Origin: an uncultured Verrucomicrobiota bacterium
GTDB lineage: Bacteria > Verrucomicrobiota > Kiritimatiellia > RFP12 > UBA1067
Assembly: GCA_946055075.1 (NCBI GenBank)
Contig: CAMGEN010000005.1
Span: 2,098 to 66,097, forward strand
Reading direction: 5' to 3'
DNA: 64,000 nt
Part shown: piece after piece, positions 28,881 through 37,138 of the stretch
How positions within the stretch are numbered: the stretch's first letter is position 1
How the letters are laid out: each line of letters begins with the position of its first letter
Position numbers and translations under genes: made by a program
The notes under the pieces: model-generated
Database searches by the model: none
What the model was told of the DNA's origin: nothing
The model's input: only the letters and a program-made list of their open reading frames with translations

Positions 28881-30416
28881 ATGGCAGAAGAATTCGACGT
28901 CTTTGCCGGCGTGAGTAAGCCGGCTGCACCCGCACCGCAACCGCAGGGCGCCAAGAAAAAGTTCCATAACAAGAAGGACCGTCCCTTCCGTGGCAATAAT
29001 GGGGGTCAGCTGAAGCAGAACAATTCGCCGCTTCGCGGAGCTAACGGCGAAGAAAGTGTCAATCCGCTGCTGAACGCACCCTTGCCGACAGAGCCGAAAT
29101 CGTCGGCGGATGGAACGATGGTTAATCCTAATCGCAATCCAGAATTGCCAGAGTACCGTCTAGCCGACATCCAGACTTGGTCAGCTCCCGTCATCGTCGA
29201 ACGCATGATGCCCGGTGCCGATCCTGAGGAGCTCGGCACGTATCGTAAGCACGAGCTCATTTTCGCCGCGATCCGCATGTATCTGCAGAAGGGTGGTGCG
29301 GTGCTTGCAAGCGGCTGTTTGGAGATCGTCCGTGAGGGACACGGCTTCCTCCGTTCCGCGAAGAACAACTTCCTCGCCTGCCCTGAAGATGTTTTCGTCA
29401 CGCAGCAGCAGATCCGCCGTCACGCGCTCCGTACTGGTGATATTGTTGAAGGACCGATTCGCGATCCTCGTGATAAAGACCGTTTCTTCGTGATTGGCAA
29501 TGTCACGACCGTCAACGGCAAGGAGCCTTCGCAGGCCGCTCGAGTGATTCATTTCGAGAACCTTACCGCGACCTTCCCCACGCGGCGCATCATCCTCGAG
29601 ACCGAGGCAAAGGAATTCTCGACTCGTGTCATCGACCTTTTTACTCCAATCGGGTTCGGGCAGCGCGGAATGATCATTGCGCCGCCTCGGGTCGGTAAGA
29701 CCGTGCTTCTCCAGAAGATGGCCAACGCGATTTCTAAGAATCATCCCGAGGCGATCTTGATCATCCTCCTTATTGACGAGCGTCCTGAGGAGGTGACGGA
29801 TATGCAGCGCAACACCAAGGCGATGGTTCTTTCATCGACCTTCGATGAAGAGCCTCAGCACCATGTGAACGTCACCGAGATGGTGCTTGAAATGTCCAAG
29901 CGACAGGTCGAGAACGGTAAGGACGTAATCATCCTTATGGATTCGCTTACGCGCATGGCTCGCGCCTACAATACAGTTCAGCCCCATTCCGGCAAGATCC
30001 TCACCGGTGGCGTTGACGCGCTTGCAATGCACCGACCGAAGCGCTTTTTCGGTGCTGCCCGCAACATTGAAGGCGGAGGGTCGCTCACCATTATTGCGAC
30101 TGGTCTTATTGATACGGGCTCGCGCATGGACGAGGTTATCTTCGAGGAATTCAAGGGTACCGGCAATATGGAGATCATGTTGGACCGCGGCCTCGCCGAC
30201 AAGCGTATCTATCCCGCGATCGACATCGAGAAGTCAGGGACGCGTAAAGAGGACCTTCTCCTTGATCCGCGCGAACTGGAGAAGACCTGGGGCCTTCGTC
30301 GTATCCTTGCCGCCGCCGGCGCCGAGAACGCGATGAAGTCCGTCCTCAATTCGCTCAAGAAGACTCAGTCCAATCCTGAATTTCTGATCGCCTTGGATCT
30401 TTCGAAGCTTGGATAA
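28881..30416 (+). CDS. rho: transcription termination factor Rho with ~90-aa low-complexity N-terminal extension
   Basis: 511 aa. RNA-binding and ATPase blocks are present (GFGFLR-like [22 protein letters not shown] Walker [32 protein letters not shown]). Confidence 0.95.
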   Translation: MAEEFDVFAGVSKPAAPAPQPQGAKKKFHNKKDRPFRGNNGGQLKQNNSPLRGANGEESVNPLLNAPLPTEPKSSADGTMVNPNRNPELPEYRLADIQTWSAPVIVERMMPGADPEELGTYRKHELIFAAIRMYLQKGGAVLASGCLEIVREGHGFLRSAKNNFLACPEDVFVTQQQIRRHALRTGDIVEGPIRDPRDKDRFFVIGNVTTVNGKEPSQAARVIHFENLTATFPTRRIILETEAKEFSTRVIDLFTPIGFGQRGMIIAPPRVGKTVLLQKMANAISKNHPEAILIILLIDERPEEVTDMQRNTKAMVLSSTFDEEPQHHVNVTEMVLEMSKRQVENGKDVIILMDSLTRMARAYNTVQPHSGKILTGGVDALAMHRPKRFFGAARNIEGGGSLTIIATGLIDTGSRMDEVIFEEFKGTGNMEIMLDRGLADKRIYPAIDIEKSGTRKEDLLLDPRELEKTWGLRRILAAAGAENAMKSVLNSLKKTQSNPEFLIALDLSKLG

Positions 30417-33376
30417 TGGATATTGTCATCAAGAATGCCAAGGTTCACAATCTCCGCGGAATCGATGTGACGATTCCGCGGAATTCCTTGACGGTCATTA
30501 CCGGGCTTTCCGGTTCCGGTAAATCTTCCCTCGCCTTTGACACCCTTTATGCCGAAGGACAACGCCGCTACGTCGAGTCGCTCTCGGCTTATGCGCGGCA
30601 GTTCCTAGATCGCATGGAGAAGCCAGATGTCGAGCGCATTGACGGACTCTCTCCTGCGATCTCTATTGAACAGCACACGACCTCGGGTAATCCCCGTTCC
30701 ATTGTCGCGACCGTTACCGAGATCCATGATTACCTCCGTATCCTGTACGGATCGATCGCCACGGCCCATTGTCCGCATTGCGGCAAGCCCGTCACTAAGC
30801 AGTCCGCCGAGCAGATCGTGGATTCCATTCTCAATCTTAAACCGCAGGCTTCAGCTTCGGGGCGCAAGATCATCCTTCTTGCTCCAGTGGTGAAGGGCAA
30901 GAAGGGCGCGCAAATCGATGTCTTCGCCGCGCTTAAGCGCAACGGCTTCGCCCGCGTGCGCGTTGACGGCGAGATGTATTTGCTTGATGAGGTTCCGGAA
31001 CTCGACAAAAAGAAGGCCCATAATATTGATGTCGTCATCGACAGGTTGGTTTTGCCGTGTGCGGAACTTTCCGACTCTTGCTCAACGTCTCAAATTCCCA
31101 ATTCCTTTCGCACCCGTCTTACCGATTCCGTTGAACTCGCGCTCAAGACTGGCAAAGGCATCCTCAAGGTCGAAGAACTCGGATCCGCTCCCGAATCCCG
31201 AACCGCGAACCACGAACCACGAACCACCACCTACTCCGAACTCAACGCCTGCGTCGATTGCGGACTCTCCTTTGACGAACTCAAGCCCCGTAGCTTCTCC
31301 TTCAATTCGCCGTTTGGAGCCTGTCCGAAATGTTCTGGCCTCGGCCAGCTCTACTTTTTCGACGAGGACCTTATCGTTCCCGACAAGACGCTGCCGCTGG
31401 AGGAATGCATCCATCCGTGGCGCCGTCTTGGGGGACAGATGGCGATACTTTATCATAAGGAGCTTCTCGTCCACATTGCGAAACAGTACAAGGTGAAGCT
31501 CTCGACTCCGTACCAGAAGCTGCCCGCGGCATTTCGTAAAGGACTTATGCACGGCTTTAAGGACGACCTCGTCCTTCCCTGGCGCCGAAATGACAAGCCG
31601 TTTGAGGGTGTCATCGAGAATCTTCAGCGCAAGATGGAGGAGGCGCCGGATGACGAGGTCCGCGCGAAATATGCCGCCTACCAGAACTTCAAGACCTGCC
31701 CTGATTGCGGCGGTTCGCGACTAAATGAATTCTCTCGCGTAGCTGAAATCGCCGGCCGGACCATCGTCGACGTGATGGCGATGCCCATCGCCGACTGCCT
31801 CGCCTTCTTCAAGAAGTTAAGAAGTAAGAGTGAAGAGTCAAGAGTTGTGGAGGATTCTCTAAATGACGATTCCACAACTCTTCACTCTTCACTCTTAACT
31901 CTTAACTCCAACCGTCTTGCCGGGCTGCGCGACATCCTCGCGGAAATCGTCAAACGGCTGCAGTTCCTGCTCGACGTCGGCCTCGACTACCTCACGCTCG
32001 ATCGCGCGTCTTCGACCCTCTCCGGCGGCGAGATGCAGCGCATCCGTCTCGCGACGCAGATCGGTTCGGGGCTTACCGGCGTCCTCTATGTCCTCGATGA
32101 GCCGACGATCGGACTCCATCCTCGCGACAACGAGCGTCTCATCAATACGCTCAAGAGTCTGCGAGACCGCGGGAACACCGTGGTCATCGTCGAGCATGAC
32201 GAGGAGATGATGCGCGCCGCTGACTACATCGTCGACCTCGGTCCCGGTGCGGGACGCGAAGGCGGCAAGGTGATGTATCAAGGCGACTTCGCGGGGCTTC
32301 TCAAGGCGAACTCATTGACGGCCGACTATCTGACCGGACGCAAGAAAGTAAGAGGTAAGAGTGAAGAAGTAAGAGTTGCGGAAAGTTCTTCTTTGAAGAA
32401 GATTAAAAAAACCACAACTCTTCACTCTTCACTCTTACCTCTTAACTGCCTTACCATCTCCCGCGCGACAGCGCACAATCTGCGTAATCTCACCGCGCAC
32501 GTCCCGATCGGTTCGCTGACCGTCGTCACCGGTGTCTCTGGATCCGGCAAGTCTTCGCTCGTCTACGACACGTTGAAGCCCCGGATGATCGCGAAGATGG
32601 ACGAGCATTTCGATAAGATGATTGAAATCGACCAGTCGCCCATCGGGAGGACGCCGCGATCGAATCCCGCGACCTACGTCGGATTCTACTCCGATATCCG
32701 CGATCTCTTCTCGAAGACCGAGGCGGCGAAGGCGCGCGGCTATACGCCCGGACGCTTCTCGTTCAACGTGAAGGGCGGACGGTGCGAGGTGTGCGGCGGC
32801 GACGGGGTGCAGAAGCTCGAGATGAGCTTCCTCCCCGATGTCTATGTCACCTGTGAACAGTGCGGCGGCAAGCGCTTTAACGCGGAGACACTCGAGGTCG
32901 CCTACGGCGGCAAGAACATCTCGGAGATCCTCGAGATGACCGTCGCCGAAGGCTGCGAGTTCTTCGCGAAGATCCCGTCCGTCTACAAGAAGCTCAAGAC
33001 GCTTCTTGATGTCGGACTCGGCTACATCGCCCTCGGTCAGTCCTCTACAACTCTCTCCGGCGGCGAGGCCCAGCGCATCAAGCTCGCGACTGAACTCTGC
33101 CGACGGTCTACCGGCAAGACCCTGTATCTGCTGGACGAGCCGACGACCGGACTCCACTTCGACGATGTCGCGAAACTGATGAAGCTTCTCACGCGGCTCC
33201 GCGATCAGGGCAACACCATACTGATCATTGAGCATAATCTTGACGTGATCCGAATGGCCGACTGGATTATCGATCTCGGACCCGGTGGCGGAGATAAAGG
33301 CGGACGGCTGGTCTTTGAGGGGACAGTCCCCAATCTCAAGAAGTGCAAGGACTCCCTTACGGCCAAGTTCCTATGA
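30416..33376 (+). CDS. uvrA: excinuclease ABC subunit A, carrying three in-frame repeat-element insertions
   Basis: 986 aa. Two ABC modules ([52 protein letters not shown]) and zinc-finger cysteines. TAATG overlap with the rho stop. Confidence 0.97.
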   Translation: MDIVIKNAKVHNLRGIDVTIPRNSLTVITGLSGSGKSSLAFDTLYAEGQRRYVESLSAYARQFLDRMEKPDVERIDGLSPAISIEQHTTSGNPRSIVATVTEIHDYLRILYGSIATAHCPHCGKPVTKQSAEQIVDSILNLKPQASASGRKIILLAPVVKGKKGAQIDVFAALKRNGFARVRVDGEMYLLDEVPELDKKKAHNIDVVIDRLVLPCAELSDSCSTSQIPNSFRTRLTDSVELALKTGKGILKVEELGSAPESRTANHEPRTTTYSELNACVDCGLSFDELKPRSFSFNSPFGACPKCSGLGQLYFFDEDLIVPDKTLPLEECIHPWRRLGGQMAILYHKELLVHIAKQYKVKLSTPYQKLPAAFRKGLMHGFKDDLVLPWRRNDKPFEGVIENLQRKMEEAPDDEVRAKYAAYQNFKTCPDCGGSRLNEFSRVAEIAGRTIVDVMAMPIADCLAFFKKLRSKSEESRVVEDSLNDDSTTLHSSLLTLNSNRLAGLRDILAEIVKRLQFLLDVGLDYLTLDRASSTLSGGEMQRIRLATQIGSGLTGVLYVLDEPTIGLHPRDNERLINTLKSLRDRGNTVVIVEHDEEMMRAADYIVDLGPGAGREGGKVMYQGDFAGLLKANSLTADYLTGRKKVRGKSEEVRVAESSSLKKIKKTTTLHSSLLPLNCLTISRATAHNLRNLTAHVPIGSLTVVTGVSGSGKSSLVYDTLKPRMIAKMDEHFDKMIEIDQSPIGRTPRSNPATYVGFYSDIRDLFSKTEAAKARGYTPGRFSFNVKGGRCEVCGGDGVQKLEMSFLPDVYVTCEQCGGKRFNAETLEVAYGGKNISEILEMTVAEGCEFFAKIPSVYKKLKTLLDVGLGYIALGQSSTTLSGGEAQRIKLATELCRRSTGKTLYLLDEPTTGLHFDDVAKLMKLLTRLRDQGNTILIIEHNLDVIRMADWIIDLGPGGGDKGGRLVFEGTVPNLKKCKDSLTAKFL
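31192..31226 (+). repeat. tandem heptamer run (CGAAYCN x5; family C) in frame inside uvrA
   Basis: CGAATCC CGAACCG CGAACCA CGAACCA CGAACCA encodes part of [15 protein letters not shown], between conserved UvrA blocks. Confidence 0.75.
31816..31906 (+). repeat. in-frame imperfect palindromic element (family A; 5 heptamers per arm) inside uvrA
   Basis: Left arm GTTAAGA|AGTAAGA|GTGAAGA|GTCAAGA|GTTGTGG (31816-31850), 21-nt loop, right arm CCACAAC|TCTTCAC|TCTTCAC|TCTTAAC|TCTTAAC (31872-31906). The arms are complementary at 32/35 positions. Confidence 0.85.
32347..32446 (+). repeat. second in-frame imperfect palindromic element (family A) inside uvrA
   Basis: Left arm AGTAAGA|GGTAAGA|GTGAAGA|AGTAAGA|GTTGCGG (32347-32381), 30-nt loop, right arm CCACAAC|TCTTCAC|TCTTCAC|TCTTACC|TCTTAAC (32412-32446). 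Same orientation and reading frame as the first copy. Confidence 0.85.
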
Positions 33377-34071
33377 ATGACCTTAAAGACAGCGTCGCGG
33401 CGGTGATTCCGGTGTATAATCCAGAACCGGCATTGCCAGAACTCTGTCGTCGTCTGGTTGAGATCTTCGCAGTAGTAGTTGTCGTGGATGACGGTTCGGT
33501 TGAAGACCGCGGCAGATTCGCCACGCTGTCCGGCGTCAAGCTGTTGACCCATTCAGTCAACCGTGGAAAAGGTGCCGCGATTAAGACAGCGTTTGGTTTC
33601 CTCATGAACAAATGTCCGAACATCAAGACTGCGGTTTTCGTGGATGGGGACGGACAGCACCGTATCGAGGATGCGGTGTCTGTCGCAAGTGCGGCGTTGG
33701 AAGGGGATTGTGTCGCACTTGGCTATCGTAAGTTCGGAAAGAATGTGCCGTTTCGCAGTCGGTTCGGCAACTTCTGGACCTCGATCTGGACCTGGCTGTT
33801 CCTTGGGATGTTCTTGCGGGACACGCAGACAGGACTCCGCGCTATCCCTTCGCGGCTGTTTCAGGAGATGCTAACCTTCGAAGAGGACGGTTTCGCCTAC
33901 GAGATGCGGCTCTGGGGTTTTGTCAGATGCCATCATGAGAAATTGCGACAGTTGCCGATTGAGACCATTTACATTGAGTCTAACCGTACCTCGCATTACG
34001 ACCCATGGCGTGACACTTGTCGCGTCTATAAAGTCCTCTTATCCGATTCGCTCCGCCGTCTCGGTTTGTGA
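33373..34071 (+). CDS. family 2 glycosyltransferase
   Basis: VIPVYNPEP...VVVVDDGSVED...NRGKGAAIKTAF...VFVDGDGQH motifs of GT2. ATG-33373 forms an ATGA overlap with the uvrA stop. The ORF-track start at 33343 lies inside uvrA. Confidence 0.8.
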   Translation: MNDLKDSVAAVIPVYNPEPALPELCRRLVEIFAVVVVVDDGSVEDRGRFATLSGVKLLTHSVNRGKGAAIKTAFGFLMNKCPNIKTAVFVDGDGQHRIEDAVSVASAALEGDCVALGYRKFGKNVPFRSRFGNFWTSIWTWLFLGMFLRDTQTGLRAIPSRLFQEMLTFEEDGFAYEMRLWGFVRCHHEKLRQLPIETIYIESNRTSHYDPWRDTCRVYKVLLSDSLRRLGL

Positions 34072-34077
34072 TATAAT
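34069..34077 (+). promoter_or_regulatory. putative extended -10 promoter (TGATATAAT) for guaA
   Basis: TGnTATAAT match overlapping the GT2 stop codon. An A+T-rich spacer follows up to ATG-34123. Confidence 0.5.
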
Positions 34078-34122
34078 ATTTTTGATAATTTGTAATAATT
34101 AACTTAAGACAAGGAAACGAAA

Positions 34123-35130
34123 ATGAACGTAGCCGAGAAAGCCCGTTTCGCGCGCGTGGGCAAGACCTTCAACGCGAAGAAGTACATCAAGGAAGAAATC
34201 GAAGCGATCCGTCAGCAGGTTGGTGACAAGAAGGTGCTTCTCGCGCTTTCCGGCGGCGTCGACAGCTCCGTCTGCGCCGCGCTTCTCTATAAGGCGATCG
34301 GCAAGCAGCTCGTCTGCGTCTTCGTCGACCACGGTTGCATGCGTCTCAATGAAGGCAAGATGATTAAGAAGGTCTTCAAGGGACAGTTCGGTGTCAATCT
34401 CATTGCCCTTGATTGCGAGAAGCGCTTCCTCGACAAGGCCAAGGGTGTCACCGATCCCGAGACTAAGCGGAAGATCATTGGCGGCGAGTTTATCAAGGTT
34501 TTCGCCGATACCGCGCGCGACCTTCAGAAGAAGTACGGCAATATCGACTTCCTCGGTCAGGGCACGATCTATCCCGATATCATCGAGTCCGGCGTCGGCG
34601 GACACAAGGCCGTCAAGGCCCACCACAATGTCGGAGGTCTCCCGAAGGACATCATCTTCAAGGGCCTCGTCGAACCCGTCAAGTACCTCTACAAGGACGA
34701 GGTCCGCAAGGTCGGCAAGCTCCTCGGCCTCCCCGAGGAGATGGTCATGCGCCAGCCGTTCCCAGGCCCGGGTCTCGCGGTCCGCTGTCTCGGCGAGCTC
34801 ACCAAGGAGAAGCTCGACATCCTTCGTGCCGCTGACTTCATCTTCCGTGACGAGATGCATAAGGCCGGGCTTGACAAGAAGGCCCAGCAGTTCTTCGCGA
34901 TCATGACGAACGTTAAGTCCGTCGGCGTCAAGAACGGCGCCCGCACCTACGGCTACGTGATCGGTATCCGTGCGATCACGACCCAGCAGTTCGTCAAGGC
35001 AGGAATTGTTGAGCTTCCGTTCAAGTTTGTTACCATGGTCGCCGAGAAGATCGCGACTAAGGTGAAAGGCGCGAATCGTGTCGTCTGGGACATCACCCCA
35101 AAGCCGCCGGCCACGATCGAGTGGGAATAA
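34123..35130 (+). CDS. guaA: GMP synthase, ATP-pyrophosphatase/dimerisation part only (no glutamine amidotransferase domain)
   Basis: 335 aa. N-type PP-loop LALSGGVDSSV, VFVDHGCMR, GQGTIYPDIIES, HHNVGGLP and C-terminal PPATIEWE are all GuaA C-terminal-half hallmarks. The ORF starts right at the PPase domain. Confidence 0.88.
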   Translation: MNVAEKARFARVGKTFNAKKYIKEEIEAIRQQVGDKKVLLALSGGVDSSVCAALLYKAIGKQLVCVFVDHGCMRLNEGKMIKKVFKGQFGVNLIALDCEKRFLDKAKGVTDPETKRKIIGGEFIKVFADTARDLQKKYGNIDFLGQGTIYPDIIESGVGGHKAVKAHHNVGGLPKDIIFKGLVEPVKYLYKDEVRKVGKLLGLPEEMVMRQPFPGPGLAVRCLGELTKEKLDILRAADFIFRDEMHKAGLDKKAQQFFAIMTNVKSVGVKNGARTYGYVIGIRAITTQQFVKAGIVELPFKFVTMVAEKIATKVKGANRVVWDITPKPPATIEWE

Positions 35131-35159
35131 GCGGTCGGCATCGCTGACCGGATTAAAAA

Positions 35160-35187
35160 GTGAAGAATGAGAAGCGAAGAGTCGTAG
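35160..35187 (+). repeat. single purine-rich (left-arm type, family A) element at the argC 5' end
   Basis: GTGAAGA|ATGAGAA|GCGAAGA|GTCGTAG lies immediately before ATG-35190. It resembles the uvrA left arms. If translated from GTG-35160 it gives KNEKRRVVE, compared with KSEESRVVE in uvrA. Confidence 0.6.
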
Positions 35188-35189
35188 AA

Positions 35190-36197
35190 ATGAAGAAAGT
35201 CTTTATTGACGGAAGTGCCGGAACTACTGGTCTGAGAATCAAGGAAAGACTTTTACAGCGAGACGACCTGGAGCTGATTACTCTTCCTGAAGAGGTCCGT
35301 AAGGATGTCAATGCGAGACGCGACGCGCTCAATTCGAGCGACGTCGCGTTTCTCTGTCTTCCTGACGCGGCCGCGATCGAAGCGGTCTCGCTCGTCGAGA
35401 ATCCGGATACCGTCGTCATCGATACCTCTACTGCGCACCGTTGTGCCGAAGGGTGGGTTTACGGCTTCCCGGAATTGACGGTCGATGGCATTCCGTACCG
35501 CTCGCGCCTCGCGAGCGCTAGGCGTATTGCGAATCCCGGTTGTCATGCGAGCGGATTCGTTGCGCTTGTTGCACCGCTCGTTCGAGCCGGAATCATTTCC
35601 GCCGACGCCGCGCTTGCGTCATTCTCTCTCACCGGCTACTCTGGCGGCGGTAAGAAGATGATCGCGGATTATGACGAGAAGTTGAAGTGTGAGGTTGAAG
35701 GCGAAGATCGGAATGCAAAGAATCCTTGCTTCAACTTCAACTCGGAACTTCAACTCTATCTCGGGGGTCGCCAGTATGCTCTCGGGCAGGTCCATAAGCA
35801 TCTGCCGGAGATGGTGAAGTACTGCGGACTTTCCCGGGCGCCGGTCTTCTCTCCGGTCGTCGTCCCGCATCTGAGCGGTATGGAAGTTACGGTGCAGCTC
35901 AATCTGTCTTCGCTCCGTACCGCTTGCGCCCTCGCGGGCGTTAAGGATGCCTATCGCGAGTTCTACTCGGATGCGAGGCTCGTCCGTTTCGTCGAGTCGC
36001 TTGATCAAGGCGGTTTCATCTCGTCCGCGGCGATGACCGGACGTGATGATATGCTAGTCTCAGCCTACGGCAACGACGAACGTATCATCCTCGTTTCGCT
36101 TTTCGACAATCTCGGCAAGGGCGCATCCGGCGCCGCGATCCAGAACATGAACCTCGCCCTTGGCGTCCCCGAAACCACCGGACTGGTATTAGGTTGA
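35190..36197 (+). CDS. argC: N-acetyl-gamma-glutamyl-phosphate reductase (short/type-2 form) with an in-frame palindromic insertion
   Basis: MKKVFIDGSAGTTGLRI N-terminus, active-site IANPGCHASG, HKHLPEM, and LGKGASGAAIQNMNL near the C-terminus. An alternative GTG start at 35160 lies inside a repeat element. Confidence 0.88.
   Translation: MKKVFIDGSAGTTGLRIKERLLQRDDLELITLPEEVRKDVNARRDALNSSDVAFLCLPDAAAIEAVSLVENPDTVVIDTSTAHRCAEGWVYGFPELTVDGIPYRSRLASARRIANPGCHASGFVALVAPLVRAGIISADAALASFSLTGYSGGGKKMIADYDEKLKCEVEGEDRNAKNPCFNFNSELQLYLGGRQYALGQVHKHLPEMVKYCGLSRAPVFSPVVVPHLSGMEVTVQLNLSSLRTACALAGVKDAYREFYSDARLVRFVESLDQGGFISSAAMTGRDDMLVSAYGNDERIILVSLFDNLGKGASGAAIQNMNLALGVPETTGLVLG
35676..35756 (+). repeat. 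in-frame imperfect palindromic element (family B, CTTCAAC/GTTGAAG heptamers) inside argC
   Basis: Left arm GTTGAAG-TGTGAG-GTTGAAG-GCGAAG (35681-35706), 18-nt loop, right arm CTTCAAC-TTCAAC-TCGGAA-CTTCAAC (35729-35754). Encodes EKLKCEVEGEDRNAKNPCFNFNSELQL. Confidence 0.8.
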
Positions 36198-36246
36198 TGG
36201 TAGCTATAACATCCTTCATTCCTAATTCCACACTCCTACTTCCTAG

Positions 36247-37134
36247 TTGTCCTGCTCCTTGATCACTAATTTCCACACTCATTCGACCTGGTGCGACGGA
36301 AAGAACTCCGTCGAGGAGATGATCGTCGGTGCGATCGAGCGTGGGTTCGCCGCGATCGGCTTTACTTCGCATGCGATGTTCCCGTATTTTGAGAGCTGGT
36401 CGCTCGGGCCACAGGCGGCGAAGGACTACGTTTCCTGCGTCCGCGCCGCGGCCGAGAAGTACTCGAAGTACATCAAGGTGTATTGCGGACTTGAGACCGA
36501 CTATCTTCCGGGCGTGACGACCCCTGAGCAATCGCGTTATGCCGAGTACGGACTCGACTATATCATCGGGTCGCTCCATTGGGTGTTGGCCGGTTATTCG
36601 CCTCAGCCGGGGATGCGGAATCCTTTCCGCTCCGAACCGTTGATCGGCGCCGACGGACTGCTGTCTCCTGCCTTCGTCTCTGTCGACCATACGCCGCAGA
36701 TCCTCGCGGACGGACTTCGCGATCACTTCGGTGGTTCTGCGAAGGCGCTGATTACTGCGTATCATGAGCAGCTTCGCGAGATGGTCACACGTTACGATTT
36801 CGATATTCTCGGACATCCCGACCTTTACCGTAAGTACAACCAGAAGCACCCGTTCTTCGACGAGTCCGAACAGTGGTATCGTGACGAGCTCGTGAAGTCC
36901 GCTGATGCGATCGCGGTTTCAGGGAAGCTCGTCGAGGTGAATACAGGGGCGATTGGACGCGGTTGGCGTGATGACGCTTATCCGTCCGACGAGTTCCGTG
37001 CGCTTTTGCGTGAACGCGGCGTGAAGTTCGTCTTGAATTCCGACAGTCATTCCGTCGATTCGCTGGACGCCGGTTTCGGGAAATATGCGTCCGCGGAAGA
37101 ATACATCGATTTCCGCAATCACATAAGGAGGTAA
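36247..37134 (+). CDS. PHP-family histidinol-phosphatase-like phosphoesterase (non-ATG start)
   Basis: NFHTHSTWCDGKNS metal-binding HxH motif sits within 10 codons of TTG-36247, and later HxD/H motifs (GHPD, NSDSH) are present. There is no in-frame ATG upstream of the HxH motif. Confidence 0.75.
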   Translation: MSCSLITNFHTHSTWCDGKNSVEEMIVGAIERGFAAIGFTSHAMFPYFESWSLGPQAAKDYVSCVRAAAEKYSKYIKVYCGLETDYLPGVTTPEQSRYAEYGLDYIIGSLHWVLAGYSPQPGMRNPFRSEPLIGADGLLSPAFVSVDHTPQILADGLRDHFGGSAKALITAYHEQLREMVTRYDFDILGHPDLYRKYNQKHPFFDESEQWYRDELVKSADAIAVSGKLVEVNTGAIGRGWRDDAYPSDEFRALLRERGVKFVLNSDSHSVDSLDAGFGKYASAEEYIDFRNHIRR

Positions 37135-37138
37135 CCGT

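Noticed and set aside
35131-35159. Hairpin CGGTC-GGCATCGCT-GACCG after guaA as an intrinsic terminator
   Set aside because: The stem is only 5-6 bp and no T-tract follows. This is too weak to call.
36219-36281. TTCCACACTC occurring twice (36221-36233 region and within the first codons of the PHP gene), considered as a partial duplication of the gene's 5' end
   Set aside because: Only ~12 nt are shared, and the second copy encodes the conserved NFHTHS metal-binding motif. Similarity this short can be coincidental, so I note it only as part of the G-poor leader.
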